From the NCBI GenBank assembly GCA_039096225.1, contig JBBPEB010000034.1, positions 186,001-250,000 of the forward strand: a stretch of 64,000 nucleotides of DNA, in the 5' to 3' direction. This stretch comes from Blastocystis sp. Blastoise. Lineage: Eukaryota; Protista; Bigyra: Opalinata. A model generated the notes under the pieces. It was not told the origin of the DNA. It did not search any database and worked only from the letters and a program-made list of their open reading frames with translations. The position numbers and the translations under genes were made by a program. Each line of letters starts with the position of its first letter. Position 1 is the stretch's first letter. Shown here piece by piece: positions 14,384 through 31,399 of the stretch.

Positions 14384-14399
14384 GGTGTTTTTTAACACC
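14384..14399 (+). promoter_or_regulatory. Histone 3' stem-loop (H4 copy 2)
   Basis: GGTGTT-TTTT-AACACC followed by ACATTCTTGAAGAAA, ~95 nt after the stop. Confidence 0.85.
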
Positions 14400-14554
14400 A
14401 CATTCTTGAAGAAATATTATTATTATTATTATTTTTTTTTGATATATATTATTTTATTTTATTTGTTATTAATATGTATTTTTTTTTTGTTATTAAAAAA
14501 TTATTGTGATAAATATGATAATATATATATATTATTCATATGATAATTTATTAT

Positions 14555-17500
14555 CACTGGTGGGCAGCTTTTTCCCTTTTATACCAGGTTCCCCATAAAT
14601 TTATACCAAAATTACGAAAAAATCGGTCTTTAATTTTTTTTATACCGACGAAAGTAATTTATACCACAAAAACAAAAATAAACTTGGTATAATGTTGTGT
14701 GGACACTCATATAAATTCGTTGTTTTATATTTATATATTTATATCTAAGAAACTGATAGTAAGATGTTTTATTTGTATATTAACTGATAATTTAAGACTT
14801 TCTATAACATATTCAAGAAATTATCCACAATATCTAGGACAATCATTTTTAATTTTGTTCGGCAATTTACTTAATTGAATTATTCACGTATACTAACGAG
14901 TTCACAGACTCGAAAGAACATAGAATTGAATGTGAATTATGATAAAGTTGCCATTCTTATGAATGTCAGAAAATTGTCACTGGTGGACCATTTTTCTTGT
15001 CTAGGGTTAGGGTTAGGGTTTGAGTTCAGTTTAAGACAAAAAAAGAAAAAAATCGGTCGAAAAAAAGTCTTTAACTAACAAAAGAAAAAATGTATAAAAA
15101 AAATTTATTTCTTTAAAAAATCAAAAATTTATTTTTAAGCTTATCCAGCTTTGTTGATTGCTTTTCATTTATTTTCGAGCATCAACTATCTCAGGAAGTC
15201 TGTGAACCTTTATACTAGTAAATATTTTATAATTATTTTATATACAAATACTTAATCAGTAATTATGTTATCGTTTATTTATTTTTAGAACTTATAGGTG
15301 TCACTAACAGTTTCAAGCCTTCACTTTAGTCACACAGGTCTCTTCAAAAGTATATAAATATAAAATATAATAATTTTGTCTAATTTCTATTTTATTTATT
15401 TAGGTTGTAATTGAATGAGATTCTTCAAATCACTTATGTACTAATGGTTGACGATTTTAAATCAAAATAAATTCAAATCAAAACAAAAGTGAGAGAATGG
15501 GAGACATTCATTTCTGTATATATTTATTTTTATTTATTCTTTTATTTATTTTACTTTATTCACTATCTATATTACTCTAGGGTAGTTATCGAATCTTGAA
15601 AAAGTGGTTTAATTAAAAAAGAAAATTCTTCCTTTTCATTTTTTAGGTATATATAAATATTTTTATTATTATTATTTTTATGTTATTTTATTTAATTTAT
15701 TTGATATATTTAATTCAGATATATATTAAATAGTATTGTTTTATATAATTATTTATTTTTAATTTAATTATTTACTTTTATCTATAGTTTTGTATATATA
15801 GGTCTTATAGTATTTATTAGTAGAAATATATATTTATTCTTATAGTTTTTTTTATATTTTATATATTCATTCTATTTATTGTTTATATAGTATTAGTTGA
15901 TTCGTTAAACAAATATCTCAAAGTTTATTATAAAAATTTATTGTATATATATATATATTTTATTATTATTTTTATTCTTTTTTAATATATATATATATTT
16001 TATATATTTATTTTAAAAATATGTAAAAAAAATCAAATTATATATATAGGCATTGAATTCTATTAGAATATTGAGACTTAATCCTTATGAATATAGAATA
16101 GAGGTTATTACTACTTGTTTCCGTTATAATATGGTATATATATATATATATATAATTTAATAGAAATAATATAGTATACTATAATATATTTATTATATAT
16201 CTATATCTATAGAAGGATATAATAAATGATAATTAATGAAGAAGTCTATTATTATGTTGATTATTAGAATCTTCGTGATATATATATATATAATTATGTG
16301 TATATCTATTATTAAATATATTATTATATATATATATTTTATACATATATATTATTATTATATTGTTTATTATTATTCTATATATTATTATATATTAATC
16401 TATATTATCTATATATAGTTCTTCAGGATAATAAGAAGTAGATAATTTTATGTTATTCTCATCAGTAAAGATATAAATGTTTTTATTCCTAATAATAATA
16501 ACGATTTGGAGAATAAATTTATTAGTAAATATCTTTATATGAATTAATCTTTTTTTGTATATATATATAATACTTATATACATTTAAATCATATTATTGT
16601 ATAATAAACTATTATATATATATAGTTTTAAATAGTATGTAATAGAAGTTGAGAGAGTATATAAGGTTTTCAATTTCTTGGTTTATAAGGTATGATTAAT
16701 ATATTTCTATTAATAGATAGTTTATATAGATCTTCAATTGGTTCTTAAGTCTCTCTCTTGGTCAAACCTGTATTTTTTCTTATTGTTTCTCTTCCTGATG
16801 AATATAATAAGAATCGAGTTGTTTAAGTGTTAGATTCTCTGTATTTATATAAAAAAATAGTTTATTATCAGTTACTAGGAATATCATATATAGGTATCCT
16901 ATTATCTTTATCTTTTAAAAATGATGAAAAAGATGTTATTGTTATGATGATATAATGATGGATTTTGGTGAATATCTTTCTTCTTTATTTGACATAGATT
17001 GATATCATCTTTTCTTATTCCTTTAGATACACTATATGGATATGTACTGCATTATAGATTGAAGTTTTTATATAGAATAGTAAGGCATAGATACTAATAG
17101 AAAAGTATATATGTATTTATTACTAGTAATACTTTTATTCTATTTATTTATTTTTATTATTACTATTTGTATTATATAGATAGATAGAAATATAGATATA
17201 GATAGACGTGTATCAATTATAATAAGATTGTGTTTATTTATATATTTTTATTGTTTATAAAGATATGAATTTATTTGGGAATTATATAGAGTAATTACAT
17301 TATTATAAACGTATATTTTTATTTATAATATTTTTAAATATTTATATTATTATATATAGCTATTATAATTAGCTGAATATCATTAAAAGAAGATGATAAA
17401 TAAGTTATAATGAGCAAACAAAAACATCTTCTTCTTCTAGTTAATTATTTTTATATGATTTAAGATACTATTATGTATATTATTAAAAGAAATATTACTA

Positions 17501-19997
17501 TTATTATTCTTTATATATAACATTTTATATTACTATATACAATAAAATTATTATTATATCTCTCTCTATCTATAGCTATATTTTATGAATGTATCAAAGA
17601 AATATTATATACATTTATTGAGTATTAAATAAGTTATGATATGAAAAAAATAAAAACTCAAAATTATACATATAAGTATATATATCATAATTAATATATC
17701 TTTATTGATTTTTATTATAATATATATATAGTTAAATTTATTTATTCTTTTTTAAAAGAAAAATGAAGTTTACAATAAGTGTATATTATGTCTATAAAAC
17801 AAGTAAAGATATGTATATATATATAATTATTATTATTATTATTTAGCTACTATTCTATATATATGTATATATATTTGTCTATATTTATTTTTATATAAGT
17901 ATATATAGTGTAAGAATCTATTATTCCTTTTTAAATACTCAAGATAACTTATATTGTATACTTTCTGGTACTACTATTTGTTCTATAGTATATAATGTTA
18001 TTCTTATTATATCATAATTTTTTATTAGTAGAGAAATTTATATATATATATATATATATGTTTTTTTTTAACAAAATATTTAAAATAATATATCTATTTA
18101 TATATAGATCTTATTCCCGTGAATTTTCTTTATATTTTTATATTAAGAATTAATGTATATAATTAGGTATATAAAGGTCTTGGAAATTATTAATTACTAA
18201 TTTATTTTATTTTAAACTAACTGATATATATATATATAGATAAAATAAAGAAGAAATAGAAATGAAGAAGGAGAAAAAGAAAGAAGTTTTAGTGATATAG
18301 AGAAATATATTAATGTTTCAGTATATATATATATACTTATTTATGTATATATAAAATTGTTTATGTTCATTTATTTATATATATTTAAATTTACCTGTGT
18401 ATATATTTATATTTGTATTTATATTTATATATGTTTCTATAGCTAAATATATCTATTCTGAACAAAAAATAATCCATAATCATTTATTATCTCATTCTTA
18501 TATATATATTTACTTTTTATTATTATATATATATTTTTTTTTATTATTATAATATTAATAAATTATTTTACTTAATTCTCTTTGTATAATCTATAGTAGT
18601 TCATAATCTTTTAATTTTTATTATCTTTTTTAAATGAAAATAATTAAAAATAAAGCTTATATATATATATTTATAATATTTTTAGAAAATAATTTTATTA
18701 ATTGAAAATAGCCTTAAAACCATTCAATTAAGCTTTTTAAAAGCTAATTTTGCACTTATTCATCTCTACAAGTGTATTGCTATTAAAAGAAAACATAAAT
18801 ATAATAAAATATTTTATCTCAGTATTTGTTAATCAGTTTGATAAAAGTTCATTATTTGTATATATTTTGACTCAAAACGACTCACTGACAATCAATCAAC
18901 ACTATAACGTCAATAGAGCTCATAAGTAAAACAAATATGAAAGTAATTGCCTTCAAGAATGGAAGTTTTTTTCATCAGTAACCTTGAAACCATTGTCAGA
19001 GTACAATTTATATATTTATAAACAACCATATTACATAAGCATCAATATATACATTTTTCTTAACTTCAAAGTAAAATTTTACTAAAAATATTACAGAGTC
19101 GAAATAACCCCTGGATTTTAGTACTTTTCTTATATATAAAAAAATTCATACAAATTCATATTCAGGGCCATGCTTATTCTTTTTTTCAAGAAAACACTTA
19201 CAAATATCTTTATATTTATTAATATTTATAAAGTTGGTTGTTTTCTTTAAAATGGTATTTTTTTCATTCCTTTTATATCTATTATTCTATAGCTTGTATA
19301 TATAACTCAAATTATTCAAAAATAAGCACAGATTCTCTTGGCGATTCTAAATATAGCTTCTTCTATAACGATCAGCTGATCAGAAATAACTTGATTTCAA
19401 AGGTAACCTCTCTTGTTGTTCTGCTTCAAGGAAATGCGATTCTCCATGAGCTCTTAAACTGTTCGTATTTATTTATCCTTTTATTTATTACATTTCTATA
19501 ATTATATTTTTATAGGTTCCTTATATGAGTAAAAAACAAAGTCCCTCGGTCAAAATAAAAAATTATCTTTTTATATTTTACTTTATTTAATTGTTTATTC
19601 TTTAATTTTTTTGTATTTTGTTATATTTATTGTTTTTTATGCTTAAACAACTAAAATATGTATTAAAAGAAGACAAAGAAATAATGTGTTTAAAACAGTC
19701 TAAAATAGCACTAATGAAAGTCTAAACTGTAAAATAGATGTTGTTATGGACATTTTTATCTTATATATATCAACAGTAAATACAACCACTGTCATTATGG
19801 AATACCAAAAAAAAAACATTAAAAATAAGTCGTAGTCATAAAAAGATACATGGCCCGTCACTATAGGAATACAAAACCCACCATAAGTTTATACCAGGAA
19901 AAGTCCTGTATATACCAGAAAAACACTTTTTTTATACCAAAAAACAGCTAGGGTGCATACCAGAATTTTCACGATTTTAAAAAGCTGCCCACCAGTG
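14555..19997. mobile_element. CACTA/CMC-type DNA transposon, apparently non-autonomous, 5.4 kb
   Basis: Perfect 19 bp TIRs CACTGGTGGGCAGCTTTTT (14555-14573 and 19979-19997), 3 bp TSD TAT (14552-14554 and 19998-20000), and multiple subterminal TATACC(A) motifs at both ends. Confidence 0.85.
15130..18600 (+). pseudogene. Decayed multi-exon gene of unknown identity inside the CACTA-type element
   Basis: Host-style GTATAT...TATAG introns with consistent exon phases, but exons are interrupted by in-frame TAA/TAG/TGA and some frameshifts. Boundaries are approximate. Confidence 0.65.
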
Positions 19998-20095
19998 TAT
20001 TTATTTATTAAACTATAAACATATTATTATTATTTTATTTTTTAAAAACATATTATAGCAATTTTTATACATATTAAAATATATTATTTATTTTC

Positions 20096-22857
<2,762 letters not shown>

Positions 22858-23313
22858 TGTAGAGCACTAAAAGTATTTTGGAAATTATTTTTCTTTTAAA
22901 TAAATTTTCATGGTTTTCTTGATTTTTTTCTTTTATAAACAGTAATTAGTGACATTTTCTTTTATTTTTATTGAAATTGGTTATAACAAAACAAAACAAT
23001 ATATAGATATATATAATCTTTTCATAAATTGTGACGCAACTAGTAATAAATTATTTTATTATTATCTAAATGAAAACCTTATTTATATTATATTTATAAA
23101 AAAAAAAAAAATCAATTAAAAAAAAAACTTTTTATAATACATAAGAGATAAAATTTAATATGTATATTCATATAAATAAATAAAAGCGATAATATAATGA
23201 TAAAAGATATAGCTAAGAAAAAAAGAGAAAATTATCCGATAACATCAAAGAAGAATAAACAAGATATGAATAATAATGGTATATATATAAATAATTGTAT
23301 TTGTATAATATCT

Positions 23314-24110
23314 TTATTGTTGTTGATTCATATAAGCTTCTAATTCAGCATCTAATTGTTGTTTTTTAGCTTCAGGAGCCTAGGTGTTAGTATTACGTAG
23401 AATAATGTGGTAATTAAAAAATAATAATAATAAATAATAATAATAGTGAAGAATAAAATAGGATATTAGGTATTATTTATATATACTCTTCCAAAATAGG
23501 TATCAAGTTGATCATTTAAATCATTTACAGTAACTTCAGATTGATTTTCATTCTTTCTCATATTACGATTATTTCTATTAATGTTATTAAGAGCATTATT
23601 ATTATTGTTATTATTTCTTGTATTACGATTCATATTATTACGACCATTATTATTATGATTACGATTCATATTATTATTATTATTCATACGAGAACCATTT
23701 CTATTATTGACACGTCTGATGGGGCCATTGGAAAAGGTTTCTTTACGATTGACAACAGTACGTCTAAGAGGGGCTTGTTGTTGTCTTGATTGTTGACCAG
23801 GGAAGACCCTATAAGGAGATTAATCGCTGCTCATTGAACATTTAAGTTTTTGAGATTTGAGATAAAGAGGAACTTACACAGAATTAGGACGATTGGATCT
23901 GACAACACGAGTGTTATTAAAGGAATTTTGTTGGAAGCTATTGCCTTCTTGGCGTCTGTTACCTCCATTAGCATTGAAACCTTGACCATTCTTATTAGAG
24001 AATTGTCTAGGACCATTTCTGCCTCCTCTGAAGGAACCATTGTTATTACCACCAAATCTGTTAGCACGTCTTCCGTTATTGTTTCCTCTTTGATTATTAT
24101 TCATTCTCAT
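23314..24110 (-). CDS. CHTOP/FoP-like mRNA export adaptor (Arg/Gly/Asn-rich, duplicated C-terminal UAP56-binding-type motif)
   Basis: Three exons; ends TVNDLNDQLDTYFGR|APEAKKQQLDAELEAYMNQQQ*, matching the FoP duplication LDxxLDxY pattern. Confidence 0.7.
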
Positions 24111-24428
24111 TTTATTTATCTTTATGCTGATAATAGAAATTTATTTAAAATTTATATTATTTGATCTTTTCATGCTCAAGAATAGTTTTTCTATAAAATA
24201 TATTTACTGACTTTGTATTCTACCAATAAAAGAAGAATTATTCAAAATCCAACCAATCAGAAAGTACTATTGAGTTTTGTAAAATATATTTTTTATATTG
24301 AGAAAATATCATAATCGAAAAAAAACGAATTCATAGAAATAATCATGGTTATTTGTTTTTTCGATTGGTAAGCAAAAGAATCATATAATTGATTATAATC
24401 TGTGGAATCTATTTATATAATCATCATT

Positions 24429-26912
24429 ATGCCAAGAGGTTCAAAGAGCGTATGTATCTCATGTTAATTTATTATATAACTTTGATTTGTTCTTTTGTGA
24501 ATCGACAATAATTACTCGCTACTTTATCGTTACTATATTTACTTTCATCTATAGACTAGTAAGTCTGCTAAGAATACAAAGGAAACTGAAGTTGAGGAAA
24601 CTGAGACTGTTGAAACTAATACTACAGTTGAAGAACATAACGACGTTACTCCTGAAGAAAAACCTGAAGCTAAAGAAGAACCTAAGGTTGAAAAAACTAC
24701 TGAACAACCCAAAGAAGAAGAATATAAGGAAGAAGAGAAAGAAGAAGAAAAGAAACCAACTGTTAAAAGAACAACAAGTGATGTTGAAGTAGTTGATTTA
24801 AAACAAAGAAAATTATATGTTCCTCAAACTAATGCAGTTGATTATTATGCACTTTTAACTAGCGATTATTTGAATGATATTCAAAAAGAAACAGGAGCCA
24901 GATTAACACTTCTTGGATCAAAAGTATGTTTTTAAAACTGAATATTATAGTTTAGTAATTATAATGTAATTTTATCATTATATTTTATTTTGTTTATTAT
25001 GTTTATTATGATTATTGTGATTATTATGATTATTATTATGTTTTATTATGATTATTATGTTTATTATGATTATTATTATGTTTATTATTATGTTTATTAT
25101 GATTATTCTATAGGATCCTAAGGATGATGAAGAACCCTTATTTGTATTAATTATAGCTACTTCTGATGAACAAATGCAATCTGCTAATTCTACATTACAA
25201 TCATTATATGAAGATACTGAACTTGCTAAAAGAACTCTAGCTCATTATAAAGTATGTTTTTATATATTTATTATAAATTATATTGATTTATTTATTATAA
25301 ATTATATTGATTTATATATAGCCAGTAGTTGCTGCTGTGACCCCTGTTGTTGCTTCTACTCCTGCTATTGGTCCTTCTATTGTTCCTTCTATTCATCCTC
25401 TTCAACCTATTACTCCTCTCTCTTCTCTTGGAACTAAATTCTCAGATAGTGTTGGTCCTCATGTTACTAGACCTGTCGATATATATGATGATATATGTAT
25501 ATATACTTTATATTATTATCATAATTCACTCTATATCAAATAATTACAATCATTCTTTATATTTTTATTATTCTTTATATATTATATTATTCTTTATATT
25601 TTTATTATTCATTATATATTATATTATTCTTTATATTTATATTATTCTTTATATATATATATTAATATATGATGCATTTCTTATGGTTTGTTTCTTCTTT
25701 AGCTCTTGTCACTGTTACGATGGATGTTCCCCGCGATTTAGTAGGCCTTATTATCGGGAAACGAGGAGAAACACTTCGAGCTCTTCAAATGCAACATGGA
25801 ATCTCTATGGCTGTATATTATTATTATTATTATTATCTGAGATATTATTTTTATTTTTATTTTTATTATTTTTTTATTATTTTTATTATTATTATCTCTA
25901 TATATTTATTATATTTATTATGCTAATACTAATAATTCTGTTTATATTATAGTTACAAAGAGATGATGAAATAGCTCCTGGTGCTCCTTCTCGTATTATG
26001 ACTTTAAGAGGTACTAGAGATAAAGTGGAGTCTGCTAAGGCTGCTATTGAACTCTTAATGCAAACAAAGAATACACTTAATATAGGTATTGCTCAACCTC
26101 CTGCTATGGCATATACTACTCCTGTTGCTCCTATGGGATATGGTGCTTATGCTACTACTACTACTCCTGCTGCTCCTACTGCTCAAAATGGATATGATAG
26201 TGTATATATTATATTTATGGGATCTTTTTCATTTTTATTTTTATTTTTTTATACTTATATATATATATATAGTTTGCTATTCCTAATGATAAGGTTGGAC
26301 TTGTCATTGGCCGTCAAGGAGCTACCGTTAAGGGTATTATGAACAAGTCACGTGTTACCGTTACGATCCCTCAAGTTCCCGATAATGAGGATCCTTCGAA
26401 ACGTACTATAACGATCACAGGTACTGCTAGTGGCGTTGCTGAAGCACGTCGTGATATTTTAGCTATTGTTGCTGTATATATATTATTATTATTATTATTT
26501 ATTATTTGTTATTTATTATTTATTATATACTTATTCTATTAATATACTATATATAGGGTCAAATGAATGTTGTGACTCCTGCTCTTCCTCAATGCAAAAT
26601 TGTTGTTCCTGATGAAAAAGTATATATATATATATATATTATAATAGGTTTATATACTATATTATTCTATATATATAGGTAGGTTTAATTATTGGTAAGA
26701 ATGGTCAAACCTTCCGTGAACTTCAAAATAGAACGAATTGTCGTATGAATATACCGAAATTCGCTGATGAACATACCGATCCTCCTGTACGTACTATTAC
26801 TTTATTAGGTACTCCTGAACAACAACAACATATGAAGAATGAAATAAACAATTTGATTGGCGAACCCATTCATGACCCCTCTCAACCTGCTATGGCCACA
26901 GATCCTAATGCG

Positions 26913-26943
<31 letters not shown>

Positions 26944-27399
26944 TTATTATTATAGAATTATAATGTAATCACTTTAGTTAACATCTATATATTTTCTTAT
27001 AAATAAATTATAATCTATATATATATATATAGTGTATCTCAAATATGGCAACAATATTATGAGTATTATGGTGCTGACCGTATGAATCAATATATACAAG
27101 AATACTATAAGAGTATGGGTGCTGCTCAACCCGGTATGCCTCCTGCTCCTACTCCTGCTCCTACTCCTGCTCCTGCTGCTCCTGTCTCCTCTATGTATTC
27201 TGCTTATCCTAATGCTTATACAGCTACTAGTAATACTATGCCTGCCTATCCTTCTGCATATACTGCTACTCCTGCTACTCCTGCTGCTCCTGTTGCTCCT
27301 CGACAAGATACTTATTCTAATATGTATTCTAATTATACATATGGAGCTAATCCTACTAATACAGGCATGCCTCAAGGCGGATATGGTCAATATCATTAA
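24429..27399 (+). CDS. Multi-KH-domain RNA-binding protein, FUBP/KSRP-like
   Basis: KH motifs VPRDLVGLIIGKRGETL, IPNDKVGLVIGRQGATV and VPDEKVGLIIGKNGQTF, plus C-terminal Tyr-rich motifs (QIWQQYYEYY, YIQEYYKSMG). All junctions are GT-AG and in frame. Confidence 0.85.
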
Positions 27400-28132
27400 G
27401 GATATCTATATATGTATCTATATATAGAAAGTATTCAATATAATCTATTCTATTTACATATTCATTCTATTTTGAGATCCATATAATTATTCATGTATAT
27501 ATATATATTATTCTTTATATATATTTATATACTAATAGTATTATTTCATTTTCTTTAGTTTTTATCATATATCATGCTTGTGAATGTCATATATATATAT
27601 ATACATATATATAATCATTACCAATATATATAATATATATATACAATTGTCAATCATCCATAAATAATAAATATATTTTTTTTGTTATATGTTTTTTAAT
27701 ATATTCATATAAGCTTCTATTATTTGTTTATATATATATTATTCTTTATATGTATTTTTCTACTTTTAAATCTATAAATATTTTATTGCTACTAAATTGT
27801 TCTCTTGTTTCATGGAGTAATTCTATTTATACATAAATACATATTCATTTTCTATATAAATAAATTAATACCTATTTTATTCATTATTCATTTAAACAAT
27901 ATAAACTCTATATGTAGAAATATATATGTATTCAAAGGAACTAGACATTCATGTATATAAATATATACAACTGTTAACTGGAGTATGGAAACAAAATCAG
28001 ATATGTCGTTGAATGTATATATGTTATTTATATTATTTATTATTATGCATATTTAAACTACATAAATAATTATTTTTATGCATTCTGTTAAGGATTCATA
28101 TCTATAAAATTATATATAATTATTACAGATAT

Positions 28133-28288
28133 TATAATTATGAAATAATTATAAGGATATTTTTTTTAATAATAATGTTATTCTAATTATGAAGTAATTA
28201 TAAGGATATATTTTTTTAATAATAATGCTATTCTAATTATGAAATAATTATAAGGATTTTTTTTTATAATAATGTTATTCTAATTATG
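28133..28288. repeat. Minisatellite, ~48 bp unit, about 3 copies
   Basis: Repeats of TATTCTAATTATGAARTAATTATAAGGAT..TTTTTT..AATAATG. Confidence 0.8.
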
Positions 28289-29209
28289 AGAATACACACA
28301 AGAAAGAAGAGCTGATAGTTATGACAATATTATATTTATATTAACATTTATTTCTTTATTATTACATCAATCGAAAATATTCTATAATATCATTACTTTT
28401 TTCTTCAGAAATAATAGGATTTGACAGTATATTTTATATATATATTTCTTGTCAACAAATAATATATATATATTATATATCAGAGATATAATTTAAATGA
28501 TTTATTTTTATTATCCACACAGATGAAGGGACTGATTTATTCCTATTGTGATTAGTATCATAAAAAAGAACCTTTTGATATCAATTTTGAAATAATACAT
28601 TTTCTATTAGGAATCTATTATTCTAGACATGTAGTGGAGTATGCATCATATTCTTAAAAGTATATTTTAAACAAGATACATGATTGATTATAAGAGAAAT
28701 AATGAATTTCTTAAGAAAAGTATTTATTTCACAAATTGAAACGTATATCATACAGTCAATTACACATTTGAAAGGGGTCTGAAATAAATAAATAAAAAAA
28801 TTATCAAAATTCAAAAATAAAAGAATGAAAAAAAGGATATAAAATTCTTTATATATTTTACCGATACTCTTCTCCACATTATCTTCAAAATTTAGCTTAA
28901 ATTAATGAATGAATAAATGTTTATGAAATAATTATAATAATATTATATTTAAAACATATATTTCGAAAACAACTGTACATCGGTTATACACAAAATTACA
29001 AAAACTCATGACTATCTCTCTTACATAATGAAATAAAAGTGGCAAAGAAGGAAAAAAAATGTAGTCGGTTTCAGTTGTTTCCATTTTTTTTTATCTAGAT
29101 ACATTTTGTGTTTTTCCATGATTATTGAGATTTCTATTTTTGTTACTTCTTCTTTAATACTGATCTTTCCTTACAGATAACTATTTAGTTTTGTATTATA
29201 ATAAATAGA

Positions 29210-31351
29210 ATGTCTATGTCTAAGCTCATTCAATCATTATTACTGATTTTATTCGTATCTTTAACTTCTGCGGACTCTTTTTTTTCAAGTCTCTTATATG
29301 AAGAAGTTCCAAATCATTTCTGTTCCAGAACGTATTATCGTGATGGTGCATTTGGTTGTCACACTCCTAATAACGGTGTTCGTGGAGCTCTTGTTCCTGT
29401 TTCAAAGCCTGAAGATGTTACTGCATTATCTACATTAGGATTAAGTGCTGTCACTGCTGTTTTACATAGAAAACTCTACACCAGTATATATATTCATAGA
29501 ATAATATAACTAGTTAAAATTACTTGTATTTAATAATTTATATACATTTATTTTGTTTTTGTAGATGACACATTAACAATATTATATAATATGGACAATG
29601 TTGTTGGTATTATTGTCTCAAATAGTGGAACCAGTGTATATAGATTAATTATATTTTATATTTTTATTTTTTTTTTAATTTTTAAATTTTTTTATTTAAT
29701 TTTAATTATTTTTTACATTTTTTAAAAATGAAAAACATTTTATGGTCAAATTGATTAATATGCTTATATATATATATATATAGTCAGGTTATTCTCCTAT
29801 TCCTCCTACTCCCCACGGGAATGATACACCTGATGTATCTATAGCTCTTCATCCCGACTATATATGGCAACCTTCAGGAAGCAGCTTATTATATATCGAT
29901 AAACAAATGCCTATATATTATATATATGACTCGAAACTAGACCATGATGTATATATATATATATATTATACTTATTATTATACTTATTATACTTATTATT
30001 ATACTTATTATACTTATTATTATACTTATTATACTTATTATTATACTTATTATACTTATTATTATACTTATTATTATACTTATTATACTTATTATTATAC
30101 TTATTATTATACTTATTATTATACTTATTATACTTATTATTATACTTATTATTATACTTATTATACTTATTATTATACTTATTATACTTATTATTATACT
30201 TATTATTATACTTATATAGTTATGGATGAAAGCTACTAAGAATATTAATGATATTTCACGAGCTCAACTTTATTATGCTGATATGATGATGTATATATAC
30301 AAAAATTAAAATTCTTAAAATTCTTATTTATTTACTAATTCTATTCTTATATATATATATATATAGGTATATGGGACCAGAGACTATGAACTCCGTACAA
30401 TGTATCCAGAAGAATGCTTGTACTCCTATAGGTGGTCAATCCGTCATTGGTTCCCGTGGGGATCTATCGACTTCGGATGAAATCTATATATATGCTGTTG
30501 CTCAAGATACTATTGGGGATATATATACATATACAAAAGGTGGAGCAGAAGTAGGTGCTAATATTGCCATTTTACTGGCTATTATTGAACAACTTCAAAC
30601 TGTATATATATATTTATATATATATATATAGACTTATATATTTTAATAATATTTCTATATTATTTACGTTATTTATTCTTTATTATGCTTAGTATGAAAT
30701 TCCCGCGAATAGAACGGTTTTATTCGCTTTATTTCAAGGAGAACAATGGGGAGGAATTGGTAGTATTAAATATTTTACTGATATCTATAATTATAAATGT
30801 AATAATGAAATTCCAAAAGAAAGAAATAACCTTGGGAAAAATATATGTATTAGTCCTCTTAAATTATATATTGTTTTATTTATTATTATATTTATTATTA
30901 TATTTATTATTATATTTATTATTATATTTATATTTAGTTATATACCGACTTTTCTAAAATTGATCCCCAACGTGTCACATACGTTATGGTTTTCGACCAA
31001 TTATATCCTACATATATAGGAAGCCTTTTTCTACATCATGAATCTGACGCGTCACCCGTCATCACTGAACGTATTCTTAACGTAGCTAAAAAACTTCAAT
31101 CTTATGTTAATCTGTATAATTCTACAATTCTTCCTCCATCTTCTGGTTCCTATATATATAAATATACTGATATAAAGAATGTATATACTGTAACGGGATT
31201 TGATAAAACTTATTATAATAAGAATACTAATAGTGAATGGGATATATTATCTGAATATACATATAGAATGATTAGTCATATATGTGATTATCTTCTTTCC
31301 TTTATTGCTGTTGATGCTTATAATCAATCCTCTACTAATAGTGTATATATA

Positions 31352-31399
<48 letters not shown>

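Noticed and set aside
15130-18600. Alternative genetic code (TAA/TAG = Gln) for the gene inside the CACTA element
   Set aside because: In-frame TGA codons and frameshifts also occur, and the intact genes in the window terminate at TAA; mutational decay explains it better.
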